64,000 nt of DNA from the human T2T-CHM13v2.0 reference genome, Homo sapiens. Both the position numbers and the translations under genes were made by a program. Positions 59,981 to 64,000 of this stretch are shown piece after piece. Where the stretch lies: NCBI RefSeq assembly GCF_009914755.1, contig NC_060936.1; one strand, given 5' to 3'. Every line of letters begins with the position of its first letter. Positions within the stretch are counted from its first letter, which is position 1. The notes under the pieces are model-generated. The model did not search any database, was not told the DNA's origin, and was given only the letters and a program-made list of their open reading frames with translations.

Positions 59981-60689
59981 CCCAAGTTTAAAAAATATTT
60001 AGCATGTGATAAAGATACATTTCAAATTATTGAAAGAAAGAATAAAACAAGTGGTCCTGGGGAGATTGGTAGCTTGGAAAAATGAAATAAAATGAGGTTA
60101 TTATTGCATGTCATGCTTAAAAATAGAATGGATTCAAGCTAAAAAATAAGAAGAAATATAGATCAGTAACTTACAATATTGGACGTCAAATGCTTCTTTA
60201 TGTATAAAAGCAAAGGTGGAAACTATAAAGGCCAAGACTAGTTAGAGCTTATTATAGAAAAATAAAATCCTTTAATAAGTAAAAAAAAAAAAAAAATAAA
60301 CAGAACTAAAAGCCAACAACAAAAGGGATAAAAATATTTCCAATTTAAATAGCAAACGATCAATGCTTTTACTGATAGAGGAGTTCTTACTCATCAGGAA
60401 GACAAAGATGTTGAGTTGAATAGGTTTTTGCTTTTTGGATCAGATTTCCTTTTAACCATGCAGAGTCCAGGTGGGAACTTCTCTCATTTTGATTCATTTG
60501 GTGCATTTGGCTTCATTCTCTCATTTTAGTGAAGATCCTCTGCTTCACCCTGGGTTCAGGTTGCATTTTGCAGGCTTCCCACGTGACATCCTATGTGGTC
60601 AGAATCAAGAGACCATTATCTCAGCCCCTATCCCACATAGGTGAGGTTGGATTTCTACAGGCTTCTGCAGGAGCAGGCCAAGGACTTCC

Positions 60690-61380
60690 AAAATCTAATC
60701 TCCATCTACTCACATCTCACCACCTTCTCCATTGCCACCGTCATCCCCCTTGAGCCATTGCAGTCCCTTCCAAACAGCTTTTCTATTCCTGTTCCTGCCT
60801 CCCAGAATGCAATGTCTTTATAGCAGTAAATCAACTTCTAGCTTAAAACTCTCCAGTGGCTTTCAGGTGCACCTAGAATAAAATCTGACCCTTACCTTGG
60901 TTTACGAGGTCCTTTGTGAGCAGGCCCCTCCTAACTCTGTGACTCGTGGCACCCTCTGTGCACTCTTCAGGCTGCAGCCCTGTGGACCTTCTCCCCCTTG
61001 CATCAAATGCAACATGCTTGTTCCTGCCTCTGGGGCACTGGCCTTTCTCTCCTGGGTCCCCTCTGCCCAGGAGGCTCCTCCCTGCGTCCTCACATGGCTG
61101 GCTCCATTCTCACATTTCCACACTTAGAATCCTTCTCTGACCATATAATTTGAGCACCAGCCCTTACCCCCATCACTCTTGAGCTCCTTGTACTATTTTG
61201 TATTGTTTATAGCAGTTACTGCTTATTCAATATTATTTGTTTGTGGTTTGTTGTCATTCTCCTCCTACTAGAAGGAAAACTTTGTGAGAACAGGACCTTG
61301 TCCATCCCCGTGTTCACCACTGCATTTCCAGTTCCTGGGACATAGAAGGTGCTCAATAAATATTCATGGAATTGATGCAT
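60690..61380 (+). mobile_element. L2 3' region
   Basis: gcttaaaactctccagtggct..cctagaataaaatc; cctgggacatagaaggtgctcaataaatatt. Confidence 0.8.
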
Positions 61381-61994
61381 TCCTTAGAGGATAGCATCTG
61401 GTTAACAAATTTTCTTTTGCTATTATTGACAGCACAACTTTGATGGATTATTGTGCTACACAACCTCCTTCCTGGCAGGGAGAGAGGGGGCAGGGGGAGA
61501 ATGAGGCAGACAAGTACATCTTTGCTGGAGCCAGAAACTGATGCTTCTGTTTATTGTCTTATGGTATCAGCCTCTAAAAAAGATGTTTTATAGGGCATGA
61601 TACTGTATCTCCAACAAGAATGCAAGTTCTATTTTACAGGTGCCTGAGACACAAAGGGCCCTGGTCACTTTTCCAAGGTGTCATGTTTTCTTTTGGCTCA
61701 AGCTCATACCCAGAAACCTGGATAAAATTCTGTACTGGACAACTTGGGAGCTGTCAAAACTCCCTAACTTGTAAGCAAGCTGACCATAACACATTAGAAG
61801 GAAGCCTTTCAGAAAAACTAAACATCTAATAGATAAACTCCAATAACCTAAAATTCCACAACCTCACACCATCCTAAATAAGGCATCTGTTTAGCATAAT
61901 GAGAAAAATATGGAATATGTGTCCAAATAACCTGGATTTGAATCATAGTTTTACCACCAAGAAAAGCTGGGTGAATAGAAAAAAAATCATTTCA

Positions 61995-62295
<301 letters not shown>

Positions 62296-63519
62296 CTAAT
62301 CATCATAAAACTATTGTTGTTAGGATTAGAAAAGGAGGTCTGCAAAATTGCTGAATGTGGCACTGGGCATATAGCTGGCAGTCAATAAGGGATAGCTTGA
62401 TCTGAATAAATGTCCAGGCAAGTTGCTATATGAGGAGAGCCTTCTCTGCCTTGAGATACTGTGTCATTCTAAAGGCAGACCAAATGTGTGGATGTTTAGG
62501 TACTATCAAGTCGGAGGCACTGTATTTTTTTCTTTTCAAATTATTTGATATTATAGGGGAAAAAATCAGAACTTCTTGGACATTTTTAGACTTGTTTTAC
62601 AGTTAAGCATTAACTCTGTGTAGAGGAAAGAGCTCTGTATCATTTTTGATGCTTAGAGCTTCAGCAGGTATTAATGGTCCCTGTCCTTCCTCTTCCTGTG
62701 ATTGATCCCTTGGCTACCATGACCAGCTGTCTCCGATCTTCTGCTGGATCAGCTGCCTATCGCCTTGTGCCTTTTCACTGTGGGTTCTTTTGATAGTATT
62801 GGGCAGATGGGGTGGCAAGTCTCAAAGTCCCATGGTGGCTGCAGCCATGATCAGAATGTTTCTAAGGGAGCCCCAACTCTGCCACTGAGACGTGTGAGCA
62901 GAGCCCATGCTTCTTTTGCATTTATCCTCTCTGTTTTCATTCAGTGCCTCTGCAGACCCTAATGTCCTAGGGCGTGGGGTGGACGGTCCTCCTCAGAGAA
63001 TGGCTCTGAGTAACCTCATCTCTGATGCCAGACAACAGCCACGGGGGATGTCTGAATCCTGATCTCCGCCTCCTCTCCAGACATCGCCTGAGCACACCCT
63101 TCGTCAGGGGAGCAGTCCCTATTTTCCACAGTCTAGGAGGGTGTTGACAAAACCTCTGATTCATTCCTCAGGCAATAGATGAAATCTGTCACCTCAATCA
63201 ACGCAATGCTTGATGACAAGCACAGCATCGAGAGTTCTGTCCTAATATAGGTGAAATTCTATATACATTTTAGGTATCTTTGAGCCTTTTTTCATTGAAC
63301 TTTAATGGAATTAGAAGCACTCCTGCCCTTTTCAAAAAATAGTTATTCTTAATAAGAACATATGAACATATGCTTATTATTCTTAATAACTATTTTTTGA
63401 AAAGGGACAGGAGCATTGCAAACAGGAAAGAAAATAAAGGGATAGCAGAGAAACAGAAATTTTGCATGGCAGTTTTGGAAAAATAAAGGAGATATAGCAG
63501 GAGAAAAAACTCCAGGACT

Positions 63520-64000
63520 TACAAAGACACTTCCCGCAGAAGGCAGGAGACCAGCGGGGAGGCTGCTATGATAATCCAGGAAAGAGACAGGAGACCAGGG
63601 TGGCAGCAGCAGTGGCAGTGATGAGCAGTGGTAAGATTTGAAATCCAACAGCACTGTTCACAGATCAGACATGAGTTGTGATGAAAACAGAGGCGCCAAG
63701 GATGACTCAAACAATTTTGGCCTATGCAACTGAAAGGATGGGATTGCCATTTCCTGAGACAGGAAGGTGGAGCAGGATAGTGGGGACAAGGGAGCATAAA
63801 GAGCTGGGTTTTGTAGGTGTTCAGTTTGAGTTTGAGATGCCCACTTATAGAAATCTGAGTGGAAGTGTTGAGAAGGCAGTCACATATATGAAAATATATA
63901 TCATTCATATGCAGTTTGAGAGAAATAGCCAGCCTTAAGGTATATATTTCAGAACCGCAGCAGAGCATATAGATGGTGTTTAAACCTGTCTGTCTGTCTA
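63520..64000 (-). mobile_element. L2 fragment running off the window end
   Basis: ggaggctgctatgataatccagg; ttgccatttcctgagacagga; gtttgagatgcc; agatggtgtttaaa. Confidence 0.8.

Noticed and set aside
63519-63968. 149-aa minus-strand ORF
   Set aside because: It lies within an L2 relic and is a chance open frame.

Overview
Primate (human-like) non-coding genomic DNA dominated by interspersed repeats. These include about 11 Alus (J, S and Y types), many MIR and L2 relics, MaLR/ERVL LTRs (THE1, MST, MLT1, MLT2, LTR33- and LTR40-like), Tigger/hAT MITEs, and one full-length but dead L1PA13-like element (~10.2-19.4 kb). That L1 is part of a five-level nest: old L1M > Tigger2a > L1PA > THE1C > Alu. 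I see no intact protein-coding gene, RNA gene or CRISPR array, and most listed ORFs are repeat-derived or chance. Two signals are not explained by repeats. First, a chain of minus-strand exon-like segments (58010-58429, 55261-55385, 52712-52792, 51125-51165, possibly 37358-37451) has canonical splice sites and partly phase-compatible, nearly open frames, suggesting a decayed gene or spliced lncRNA. Second, three independent local templated duplications (one inverted, one two-donor composite, one direct) carry fold-back hairpins or microhomology at their junctions. Repeat subfamily names come from recalled consensus sequences, not from a search, and boundaries without a cited TSD are approximate.
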